In this document: positions 49,807-61,300 of the stretch, in pieces
Numbering within the stretch: position 1 is the stretch's first letter
How the letters are laid out: each line of letters begins with the position of its first letter
Assembly (NCBI GenBank): GCA_002269645.1
Contig: NIVC01001579.1
Coordinates: forward strand, 58,318-122,317
Direction of reading: 5' to 3'
Length of the DNA stretch: 64,000 nt
Source: Macrostomum lignano
Taxonomy: Eukaryota
Position numbers and translations under genes: made by a program
Notes under the pieces: model-generated
Told to the model about the DNA's origin: nothing
What the model saw: only the letters and a program-made list of their open reading frames with translations
The model's database searches: none

Positions 49807-52703
49807 TCAATGCCTGCCGTCCGTGATGGCCCGATGGTGCCGAGAGCGACCGTCTCGGAGGCCGCCTCCGCCGGCGCCGCCTTTAAAGGCGATGCGAGCA
49901 GCACGCCTGTCCCATTCGCGGTCAAACTGCTGGCCCTCGCCTTGGGAATTCGGGTGCGGATTTCAGTAGGCGGATGTGGGGAGTGGCTCTTTGATGAGCC
50001 GCCTCAACCCTTCCCTCCCTGACTCTTTGATGTCCCGCCTCACACTTCCCTCCCTGACTCTTTGATGTGCCGCCTCAGCCCCGATTCTTTGATATGCCGC
50101 TCACCCCTTCCTTCCTCGACTCTTTGATGTGCTGCCTCAGACCAGACTCTTTGATGAGCCGCCTCACCCTTCCCTCCCTGACTCTTTGATGTGCCGCCTC
50201 AGACCATACTCTTTGATGTCCCGCCTCACCCTTCCCTCCCTGACTCTTTGATGTTCCGACTAACGCTTCCCTCCCTCATTTTTTAATGAGCCTCCTCACC
50301 CTTCCCTCTCCGACTCTTTGATGTAACGCCTCACCCTTCCCTCTCCGACTCTTTGATGTACCACCTCACCCTTCCCTCCCTGACTCTTTGATGTGTCCTC
50401 AGCTTTGACTCTTTCATGTGCCACCTAACCCTTCCCTCACCGACTCTTTGATATGCCGCTCACCCCTTCCTTCCTCGACTCTTTGATGTGCTGCCTCAGA
50501 CCAGACTCTTTGATGAGCCGCCTCACCCTTCCCTCCCTGACTCTTTGATGTGTCCTCAGCTTTGACTCTTTCATGTGCCACCTAACCCTTCCCTCCCCGA
50601 CTCTTTGATGTGCCGCTTCATCCCTTTCCTGTCTATATCTGTTGTGCGCTACTTTAATCTAAATTGAAGGAATACATGAAGGCAAAAACACTCACTCTCG
50701 TCAATGCCATCATAGTGATGGTCCTCCTGCTGCTGGCCCGTGCCGGTGTTTCGCCGCCTCTCAACCGTGTGCCCGCGGCCGCCGATGTGGTGCCCAACGG
50801 CGATTCGCTCCTCCCGGCTGCGGCTGTCCTTCAAGGCCTTGCGCGTCTCACGAACTCCGCCAGGGCCGGCGCGAGACTCGGACACGGCCTGCGGCGGTAA
50901 TTTGATCGATAATGTAATTTGGTTGGAATGAAAATCAACATCAAAAAGTCGGGGCTGAGGCTGCACATCAAAGAGTCGGAGAGGGAAGGGTGAGGCGGTA
51001 CATCAGAGAGTCGGAGAAGGAAGGGGTGAGGCGGCACATCAAAGAGTCGAGGAAGGAAGGGGTGAGCGGCAAATCAAAGAATCGGGGCTGAGGCGGCACA
51101 TCAAAGCCGTACAAGCCAGCCAATGCCATACCTGGTACACCTGCGGCTCCCCAGACCCATCGCTGCGGTAGGCGTACACCGAGGCATGGCTGTAGACCCG
51201 GCCGTTGAAGTCTGGCCGCTGGGACGCTTCTTGGGCGGCCAGCATTCGTTCTCCAGCGTCCGACATCATCCGTTCAACGCCTTCAAACAATCGATCGAAC
51301 TGCGGCAGGCCGAACGAATAGCCGGGCAGGGCGAGACCGCCTCCGCGACCGGTGGACGGGCCACGCGGCACCAGGGCGGAGCTCGTCGCTGGTGGCCATT
51401 CGCCGCCACCGTCGCCGCCGTTGCGGCGCTGCGACCGGTGCTGATGGCGGCGCTGCTGGTGCTGCAAGTCCTCGGCGAAGGCGCCGCCGTGGCCGGGAAC
51501 TGAGCGGGCCCGGCCGGCGGCGTGGCTGTCGAATCGCAGGGCGTGCTGGTGATGGCGACGCGGATTGCCAAACGGCGAGGCGGCACTTCAAAGAGAATAG
51601 TGTGCTCAAGCGTTTAGTTAGTTACTTATTCAGTTCGCAGGGCACACGGAAACGTACATAGCAAAGAGTGTACACTGCATTCACTGCACTCACACAGAGT
51701 GTTTTTCATCACGCATGTACACATTTTCCAGATTTCTCCATCTTAGAGGCTGCCCCCCCAAACCCAGCCCCAGGGCAATTGGCATACTGGTAATTGCATG
51801 TGGATAATATGATTTATTAGTAAACCTAATCTAAGCATACCAGAAAGTTTTTTGTTATTCTTTTATCTATAAAGCTATAGAGAAACTATAAACAATTCAG
51901 TAAAAAAGCATACATATATAATAGTCAGCTAATACATTAAGAGAGCCATTTAGGATACCTTATTAGCATAAAAAACGAAGTGGCAAATATAATTTTTCTA
52001 AAAGAAATTTACTTTACAATTTGATACTACTTTAAAATGCTTCTACTTGTAATTATAAACACAAAAAGTTACTAGTATACTATCTGAAACTTTTATCATA
52101 CAAGCATATGATAAAATATTAAAGTTGATAACCATCCAAGAGAAGTATATTAATTCAAAAAACAATGATAGCCTATCATTATAGTATCAAATAAAGAAAT
52201 CTACAGTTATTAAAATCAAACAGCTCTTTATTTTTAGGATTTTTTTCAAGAAAAATTTAATATTTAGGGTAGAACAAAGATTACTGCCTTAAAAAATTAA
52301 AAAACCCTAATGATTTAACTAGCCTAAACTATACTATATTAATATATAATATCAATACAAAAGAGGCAATAGGTGAAGCCTAGAAAGAATTAATAAAACA
52401 ATGAGTTTCTTCAATTAATTTCTTCCTTTCAATTGGATTTATATTTGTTAATTTGTATGTTTCCCATATTGATATTGAACTAGTGGTAATATATAGTATC
52501 AAAACAAAACCTCGATAAATATAATCAAGTTTAAATCACATGGTATGGATATATGAGCAAACAGCAGTCATATATATAAGAAAATGGCTGGGTAGTGAAA
52601 ATTAAAATGCATGTATGAAATTCATTTAAAAATTGTGTAATTTTTCTTACCCAAAGTCAAAGAAGGGATCCTGCTGGAACTCTCCAAACGGATTTCCAAA
52701 CAT
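49807..52703 (-). CDS. MLF: Myeloid leukemia factor family protein, 277 aa. Exons 52703-52651, 51585-51132, 50888-50696, 49940-49807
   Basis: MFGNPFGEFQQDPFF; YSHASV..Y......PQVYQ|AVSE.R.GPGGVRETRKALKDSRS.EERIAVGHHIGGRGH.VERRRN; DESEGQQFDREW. Phases 2, 0, 1 are all compatible (834 nt). Confidence 0.92.
49985..50625 (+). repeat. Diverged 25-40-bp repeat array with GACTCTTTGATG core, MLF intron 3
   Basis: About 17 CTTTGAT cores counted. Confidence 0.9.
50935..51108 (-). repeat. Inverted copy of the GACTCTTTGATG array, MLF intron 2
   Basis: CATCAAAGAGTCGAGGAAGGAAGGGGTGAGCGGC is the reverse complement of about 50095-50130. Confidence 0.9.
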
Positions 52704-54311
52704 TTTAAAGAAAACTGCGATGGGTATTTGTAAATGACTGCTAACACTGCGAATTAGTCAGGCAGCGTCAACTTGAAAATGGCTAGCAAGTGTGCATGTA
52801 GATCAGGATCTACCAGGCGGCAGGCTGGAACCTGTCAAATCCTCCGTTTTATTCTTAAAAATGACCACAAATTATCGCAATAAGCGCAATTTGTAAAACA
52901 CATCAGATGTATTTTTAACAACTAAGTCTATTTTTCAAATGGCGTGTTTAACAGCAAGAAAAGGCTTTTGTTTTATATTATTTGTATATTTTGTTTTAAT
53001 GTTAAAAAATATTACTGTTCCGTGTTAACTTTAATTTTTAAGAATTGACTTGTAAAAGCTTATAACACTAAAATGAGTGACAATTAACATTTAAATTAGT
53101 AATTTGACGGCCAAATATACGTTTCTTTCTGGCCATAATGTGTACTTGTTAAACCTTACGATTGTGAAAGTGTGCAAGGGTGCAAGCCTGCTGACCTACA
53201 TTCATTTTGCGACTCGTCGAATTATGTCAAGCCGATTTATAACATTTTCTTAATTTCTAAATACAAACCGAAGCATGCTGTAGTAATTTAAAATGTAGTT
53301 GTTATTTGATACAAAAGCTAGATATAATTTAAGCTACATGTAATTGTTTGTTTTACAGCAATAAATTGCTACAATCAAATGAAAAAATACGAAAAAATCA
53401 AAGCATTAGTACGTTTTAATAAAACCTGTAAGTCAGTAAACTATATTTCCACACCGAGATCAAAGCAGAGACTTCTTAATAAGAGAAAATACTAACAGAA
53501 CAGTTTCGGTATTGAAACAAGAAATAATTAGATTCTATAACAAACCGGCAACAGAAGGAACTTACACGTTCCCATTTCACAAGTAGAAAAATAAAGGAAC
53601 AAAATTAAAACACCTGGCTTAAAGAACTTATTAGCGCATAGCACACAGACTTACAAATTTACAAAAAAGTAATATTTCGGAAACAGCGCAACACACAAAG
53701 GAATAGCAGGCATTCGATAATACCTGTTGTAATGAAAGCAGCATTGGCAAATGCGCGAACAAACTCGATGCACATATCCTATTTGGCATTTCGAATAATT
53801 GGCCAAAATAATCCGCATAGAAAACTGGCGTCGGTGTTAGACAGGCACATTGTCAGTGAATTAGTGGCTTTTTATTGAATATAACAAAGCCAAGTAATGT
53901 ACGCAAAATAAGCGTTGAAAATATTCCGATTTATGATAACTTTTTCTTGGTCAAAAAATGCCGCTTCAAGAGGCTTAAACAGAGCGCGTTGAGAAAGAGC
54001 GGACAGCAGAGAAAAATATTAACCTAAGGCGTGACAGCTTTAAAAGCTCAGTAAGTACCTTCAAAAGGCGCCGCTGGTTAAAAATTTGTGGCTTTTTTGT
54101 GAAAATAGTCCGTTTAGCAAAGAAAAAATATTATATATACAAACACTTACTGTATTACTGTCAGTAGACTTCCGATTCACAATCGAAACTATTAAACTTT
54201 TAATTATACCATATAGGCAAAAAAGATTAAAAAAATCACCAGTTCGTACAGTTGAGATAAAATAACTGCATTAATTTAGATCTTAAGGCATCTGACATAG
54301 TGTTGGTGGCC

Positions 54312-55162
54312 TAGCAACTGATGATCTGGGAGGCTGGCCCAGCAACTGAGGATCTGGGAGGCTGGCCCAGCAACTGAAGATCTGGGAAGCTGGCCCAGCA
54401 ACTGAGGATCTGGGAGGCCGGCCTAGCAACTGAGGATTTGGGAGGCTGGCCTGGCAACTGAGGATTTGGGAGGCTGGCCAGGAACTGAGGATCTGGGAGA
54501 CTGGCCCAGCAACTGAGGATCTGGGAGGCTGGCCCAGCAACTGAGGATCTGGGAGGCTGGCCCAGCAACTGAGGATCTGGGAGACTGGCCCAGCAACTGA
54601 GGATCTGGGAGACTGGCCCAGCAACTGAGGATCTGGGAGACTGGCCCAGCAACTGAGGATCTGGGAGGCTGGCCCAGCAGCTAAGGATCTGGGAAGCTGG
54701 CCCAGCAACTGAGGATCTGGGAAGCTGGCCCAGCAACTGAGGATCTGGGAGGCTGGCCCAGCAACTGAGGATCTGGGAGGCTGGCCCAGCAACTGAGGAT
54801 CTGGGAGGCTGGCCCAGCAACTGAGGATCTGGGAGGCTGGCCCAGCAACTGAGGATCTGGGAGGCTGGCCCAGCAACTGAGGATCTGGGAGACTGGCCCA
54901 GCAACCGAAGATCTGGGAGGCTGGCCCAGCAGCTGAGGATCTGGGAGGCCGGCCTAGCAACTGAGGATTTGGGAGGCTGGCCTGGCAACTGAGGATTTGG
55001 GAGGGCAGCGGTGGCAACTGAGGATCTGGGTGGTCCAGCAACTGAGGATCTGGGAGACTGGCCTAGCAACTGAGGATTTGGGAGGCTGGCCTGGCAACTG
55101 AGGATTTGGGAGGGCAGCGGTGGCAACTGAGGATCTGGGTGGTCCAGCAACTGAGGATCTGG
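54312..55162. repeat. 28-bp minisatellite (GATCTGGGAGGCTGGCCCAGCAACTGAG), about 30 copies
   Basis: Directly visible. Confidence 0.95.
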
Positions 55163-55397
55163 ATGAGGAGTGCCTTATCTATGATGTACAATGACTCTGC
55201 TAGACCGTCATGAACCGAATCTGGGACGGTCGTGTAGGCTACGGTGCGATAATTCGAGAAAAATTTCTAAACTACTAAAAAACCATGAAAAAGCGTGTCT
55301 CAAACATGAAAACTTTGCGGGAGCAGAAGACACTTAAGAACAGCCGAGCTAATTATGTTTAACCGTCGCAGTGAGTTAACAATTCATCAAGTGACTG

Positions 55398-58300
55398 TCA
55401 GATCTGATATCTGACCACAATTTTATGCGAGCCGAGTACTTGACCGTTGAGGCCGGCCCGGGCGGCCGCGGCAGCCTGAGGCGTGGCCATGTTCACGAAG
55501 GCGTAGCAAGACCTGTGCACCATCTTGAGCGACAAGACTGGACCGTAGCGGATGAAAGCTGCGCGTAGCTGAGCCTCGGAGACATCGGCTTTGACGCTGC
55601 CAACCCACAGCGACCGGCAGTTATTCGGGTTGTCCGGGGTGGCCTGCGGAGCGGACGGGAGTTTTGGTCACTTCTTTAACAAAGACGATTTCGAAGATGA
55701 TTCTTTAGGGATTTTGAAGCCGATTTTTTAAGGGATTTCGACTGCGATTCTTTAGGGATTTAACTGCGATTCTTTAGGGATTTTCACTGCGATTCTTTAG
55801 GGATTTTCACTGCGATTCTTTAGGGATTTGACTGCGATTCTTTAGGGATTTTCACTGCGATTCTTTAGGGATTTTCACTGCGATTCTTTAGGGATTTTCA
55901 CTGCGATTCTTTAGGGATTTAACTGCGATTCTTTAGGGATTTTCACTGCGATTCTTTAGGGATTTAACTGGGATTCTTTAGGGATTTTCACTGCGATTCT
56001 TTAGGGATTTAACTGCGATTCTTTAGGGATTTTCACTGCGATTCTTTAGGGATTTAACTGGGATTCTTAAGGGATTTTCACTGCGATTCTTTAGGGATTT
56101 TCACTGCGATTCTTTAGGGATTTTCACTGCGATTCTTTAGGGATTTGACTGCGATTCTTTAGGGATTTTCACTGCGATTCTTTAGGGATTTTGACCCCGA
56201 TTGTTTAGAGGATTTGAGGTGAATTTATGGATTTATGGATTTTATGGACTTTAAAGGCGATTTTTGGACAATCTTAGAGGCTATTGTTGGAGACATTAGT
56301 GGGAAATTTCAGTAGGGTCAGTTGACCATCAAATTACCCCAGGCAAAGGCTTGGGTGGAGATCTCAGCAGGCAATTAGCCCGTTTAGGAGCAGCAGACTG
56401 GTCTTCATCATCAATGCTGCAACTGCTATTAGCTGATGGTTGAGGCTGCTGACTGTTGCGAGGCCGCAGCACACCGACTGGCCGACTTGTTGAAGCGGCG
56501 GAGGCTGCAGTCTTGGCGTAGCTGCCCCGAACCGGCGGACTCAAAGGCTTCCGCTGCTCTTGCTGCTCAGGCAGGCCGGCCCCGGCAAGCAGGCGATTGG
56601 CCGCAGCTTCAATATCCCCATTGGCCAGGTCCAGAGCCCGACTGCACAGGCCGCGATCAAGGCCGAGACTCTTCTCCAGACAGGCGAGCTGCGATTCGCG
56701 CATTCGTTCCAAAGCGTCGCCGCAGCCGTCGGCGTCGAGGGCGACCACGCAGGAGAAGCTGTTTGCCGCTTCGGCGTGCAGGCCGAGGTCAGCCTGGGCC
56801 TGGCCCAGAATGTAAAATCCTTTGACGTACTGCGGGCTGAGCTGCACGGACTGCTTGGCATCGGAGGCGCAGAGGTCCAGCTGGCCGAGCCGGTAGTAGC
56901 AGGCCGCCCGGCTGCCGTAATACCGACAGTCGGTGGGGTCCAGCCTGATAGCGGCCGCGAACTCGACGGCGGCGGCGGAGAAATCCTCCAACGGCGTCGA
57001 CATCAATCGGTTGCCCTCTTTGGCGCGCTGCCTGGCCTCGAGCTTCGGATCGGTTGAGTAGCTGGGCGAAGGCTCCGGGATGTTCAGCTGCATCAACGGC
57101 TGCGGCGCTGGGGCTGGCGGCTGCTGGCGCGGCGGCGGTTGAGGTGGCTGCTGGCGCGGCGGCGGTTGAGGCGGCTGCTGGCGCGGTGGCGGTTGAGGCG
57201 GCTGCTGACGGGGAGTCGGCCGAGGCGGCGAAGGCTGTTGAGTTGGCGCTTGTTGCTGCTTCTGCGATGGCTTCTGCTGCTGCTGTGGCAGCTGGTTTTT
57301 CGAGACACGTCTGGCTACGAAGGCGGAGGCTTCGTCGAACTCCTCCTGTGACAGATTAGAGGAACCAGCGGTTTATTAAACTGCCTCAGAAAGAGATGCA
57401 CCATTTGAATTCGGTGCAGAATGCTTAACTTAAGTCAGCTCAGCTGAGGTCAGTGCCCCCTCCCAGCCAGTCACTCAGCTGAGGTCAGTGCCCCCTCCCA
57501 GCCAGTCACTCAGCTGAGGTCAGTGCCCCCTCCCAGCCAGTCACTCAGCTGAGGTCAGTGCCCCCTCCCAGCCAGTCACTCAGCTGAGGTCAGTGCCCCC
57601 TCCCAGCCAGTCACTCAGCTGAGGTCAGTGCCCCCTCCCAGCCAGTCACTCAGCTGAGGTCAGTGCCCCCTCCCAGCCAGTCACTCAGCTGAGGTCAGTG
57701 CCCCCTCCCAGCCAGTCACTCAGCTGAGGTCAGTGCCCCCCTCCCAGCCAGTCACTCAGCTGCGGTCAGTGCAGTGGTGGGAGTGAGGCGCGAATTTCGG
57801 GATTAATGGCACGAATTTCGGGATTAATGGCGCGAATGCGCGATTTCTGAGGCGAGGCGCGATTTTTTTTATGCTCAATGCGCGAAAAATGTTAGCTGAT
57901 TTTGCTTTACTTTGCCAGTGACTGCCACACCCCCAGTGTCTCCTACAGCTGTACTTTCACTTGTAAACTTATTGTTGTTTAAATAAACTTGTGTTATGCT
58001 GAAGAATTTTGTAGTTTTATCAGACATTTAAGTGTCTTAGTTTTATTTAGCATTTTTAGAAATAGAACCGAAACTTATTCTTATTCTATTCTTGGAAATC
58101 AGTAATCCGTTGTGACTAAAAATTGAATACCAAGTTAAGACAACACTCATAGACTAATAGTTTTCACTACAGCATCTCTTCCATTTTCTCCTTCCAGCGC
58201 TACTGACAATTGTTATTAAAATTAAGCATGGCGAAGCGTGTTCAATGGAACAACGATTGGTTAAATAAGCTCGACTATAATGGTGACGTCATTGGTCTTT

Positions 58301-61300
58301 GGGCACGTAAGCGAGACGACTTTAAAGCAGATTGTGCCTGGTGTAATGTCGATTTTGTTTTTCGAAGTGGCATTACAAACTTTAAGAGCCACTCGCAGGC
58401 AGTAAGTCATCGCGAAATTTCGAAGGCCCGTCGGAGCAGCAGCTCCCTCAAGATGTTGATGGCAGGGGCATCCGCAGGCCAGGCTGATCAGAGTATTGAC
58501 GGGTCTTGCGAGCCAAACGACTTAAGTCACTCTGCGAAAGTCTCGGAAATTCGTTTTATCACAAGGATTATTATTAAAAATCGTAGCTTTGAGTCTGAGG
58601 ATGACGCCGTTGAGGACTTACGTGCGATTTGTCCCGACTCCAAGTTTCCGACTGCAATGCAGCTTCATCGATCGAAGATTTCTTACCTCGTGTCTCACGG
58701 CCTCTTTCCCTACCTGAAAGAGGTTATTCTGGCCGATGTTTGCAGCAACAGCAAGTCACCAGACTCAGGCTTTTTTTCAGTGCAAATTGATGAAGCCAAT
58801 AAGAATGGAAAGTTTCTCGGCATCCTTCTGCGATATCTTTCAGAAAATAGTACCGAAAAAACCATGAAGGCCAAATCAGTCTGCATAGATTTGCCTATGC
58901 TGTCTTCTACAACTGCCGCAGCTATTTCTGCTTCTGTTTTGCAGACGATTTCGGAGTGCAACCTCGACAAGTCAAAGTGTGTCGGAGTGATGTCGGACAG
59001 CTGCAACACCATGCGGGGCTCCAAGAGCGGAGTAGTAGTTCGACTTTGGGATGACCTTCGAAATATCATTGATGTAGGCGGCTGCAGCCTTCATCACATC
59101 CACAACGCCGCGAAGTACGCTTGCGACGCTTCGGACTTAGGTCTCAGCGTAGAGACACTAGTGCGCGACCTCTATTGCCACTTCAAGTTTTCGCTCGACG
59201 AAAAGGACCGCTTACATGTCATTGCAACTGAATTCGATGAAGTGCGAAAGCTGGCATTTATTCGGCCAGTTGACACCCGTTGGCTGCAGCTGTTGCCGGT
59301 AGTTGAACGAGTTTTGCGACTGTTAGAGCCTCTAAAAAGTACTTCTTCGACTCCGCGACTAAGGAGCATGGCGCAAAATTTAGCACACTCAAGGTCCAAG
59401 TTCGTGACCCCAAAGTCGAATTTTTTCTTCTATTTTTGGTCGAAGTTTTGCGTCCTCTGCAGAAGTTCGAGCTGTTGTTCCAACAAGAAGACTGCCAAAT
59501 ATTCCGGCTGTACGAAGTGCTAAATGACCTGACACGCTGCTGGCTGTTGCGCTTTGTCTCGCCAGTCAAACTACCCGCCAAAGTCTGGAAGCTGGATTTA
59601 AAGGACAGTTCGATTTGGCTGCCCCATCTGCAAATCGGCATGGGGGAGCAGGCCAGGCGTCTCTTCATTGAGATGTCTGCTAGTGACCAACAGGCCTGTC
59701 TAGCTTTGGTGAAAGCGTTCTTTGTAAAGGGAACAGAGAAACTCTTTGAATATTTGCCGCTGAGCAGCTCCACTCTTCGTGCCTGCCAACTGCTGGATCC
59801 GAAAAAGCAGACAAACGATCGGTTTGTTCAGTGGGTTGATACCATTGCCAGGCAGCTACCGACGATCATGACAGCAAGCGAGCTCGACACGTTGCGAGTT
59901 GAGGCTCGTGCTCATCAACAAGATGTGCTGATTGCTGAGTTAGACATTGAATCCGAATCGGCTAGTAACTTCTGGGGAAAGGTCGCCGCAGTTGGCAATC
60001 GCCCACTTCTTATGCGCATAGTACGTGTGCTATTCGTCTTGCCGCACGGCAACGCGGAAGTCGAGAGAATTTTCAGCAATCTTAATGATGTCGTTACAAA
60101 GAAGCGCTCCAGTCCTGGAGCGCACACCATTAAGGCACTAGTCGTCGCGCGCTCTTGCCTTGCTGCTAAATGTTGGACAGCTGCTACGCTACCAGTCTCG
60201 CTTAGGTTGCAGAACCTGTGCAACAGCGCCTATGCTGCGTACCGCCGACGGCTGGAAGAAGAGAAGCAAGAAGAGGAGCGCAAGAAGAGGGAAGAGCTCG
60301 AGAAGAGTGTCCTCTCCGAAATTCGAAACGAGAAAAGCGTAAGCAAGACATTCACAGACTTAGAAAATTCTGTTCTGGAGACTAACGAGCAGATAAAGAA
60401 GAAGCAGAAGCAGAGGGATGACGCTCAGAAGCTGTTGCTGGAAATGACTAAGGCGAAGGAGGACCGAGATCGTGAGCTGGACGACCTGCGACACAGACAA
60501 GACAAGCTGCAGAAGAAGAAGCTGAAACAGGCCGAGAAAATCACTGAGACGGTGCTCAAGCGTCGAGCTATTGAGCAGTCATTGTCGAACCCTCTGCCAG
60601 AAAGCGTTCAACAGAAAGGCTAATGCTATGTTAGTTGCCTTTTACTTGCTTAAAATGACATCTTCCAAAGTTAGATACGCTCTCGTATAGAGCTTTCGAT
60701 TTCATATATTAGATTTAGTCTAGCTTGAAATATAAAAATTGCAAGTTACGATTATTTCGAATTTAATCTTTAGCAATTCAATAACTTTCATTTAAATAAT
60801 TCATTTGTAAGACCTAATAAAATGCAATACACGAGACCCACGAGTGCGAGTGGCGCACTATTGTCTACGACTACGATGTTAAATTATAGTCAAGCTGTTG
60901 CAACAACACAACAATCGTTTTTTTTCAGAGTTACTCTTTTGAACATTATATAGTCAATGTATGGCAAAAAAAGATTGACACAAAAAAACTTGCGGCGCAA
61001 AAAAATCGTAGGCGCGAAAAAAATGGGCACTCCTCACTCCCACCACTGGTGCTTCCTCCCAGCCAGTCACTCAGCAGAGGTCAGTGCCCCCCTCCCAGCC
61101 AGTCACTCAGCTGAGGTCAGTGCCCCCTCCCAGCCAGTCACTCAGCTGAGGTCAGTGCCCCCTCCAGCCAGTCACTCAGCTGAGGTCAGTGCCCCCTCCC
61201 AGCCAGTCACTCAGCTGAGGTCAGTGCCACCCTCCCAGCCAGTCACTCAGCTGAGGTCAGTGCCCCCCTCCCAGCCAGTCACTCAGCTGAGGTCAGTGCC

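Noticed and set aside
50664-50900. 78-aa ORF with a signal-peptide-like start on the + strand
   Set aside because: Antisense shadow of MLF exon 3
54283-55150. 250-280 aa Pro/Gln-rich ORFs
   Set aside because: Translations of the 28-bp array downstream of the TTC31-like stop codon
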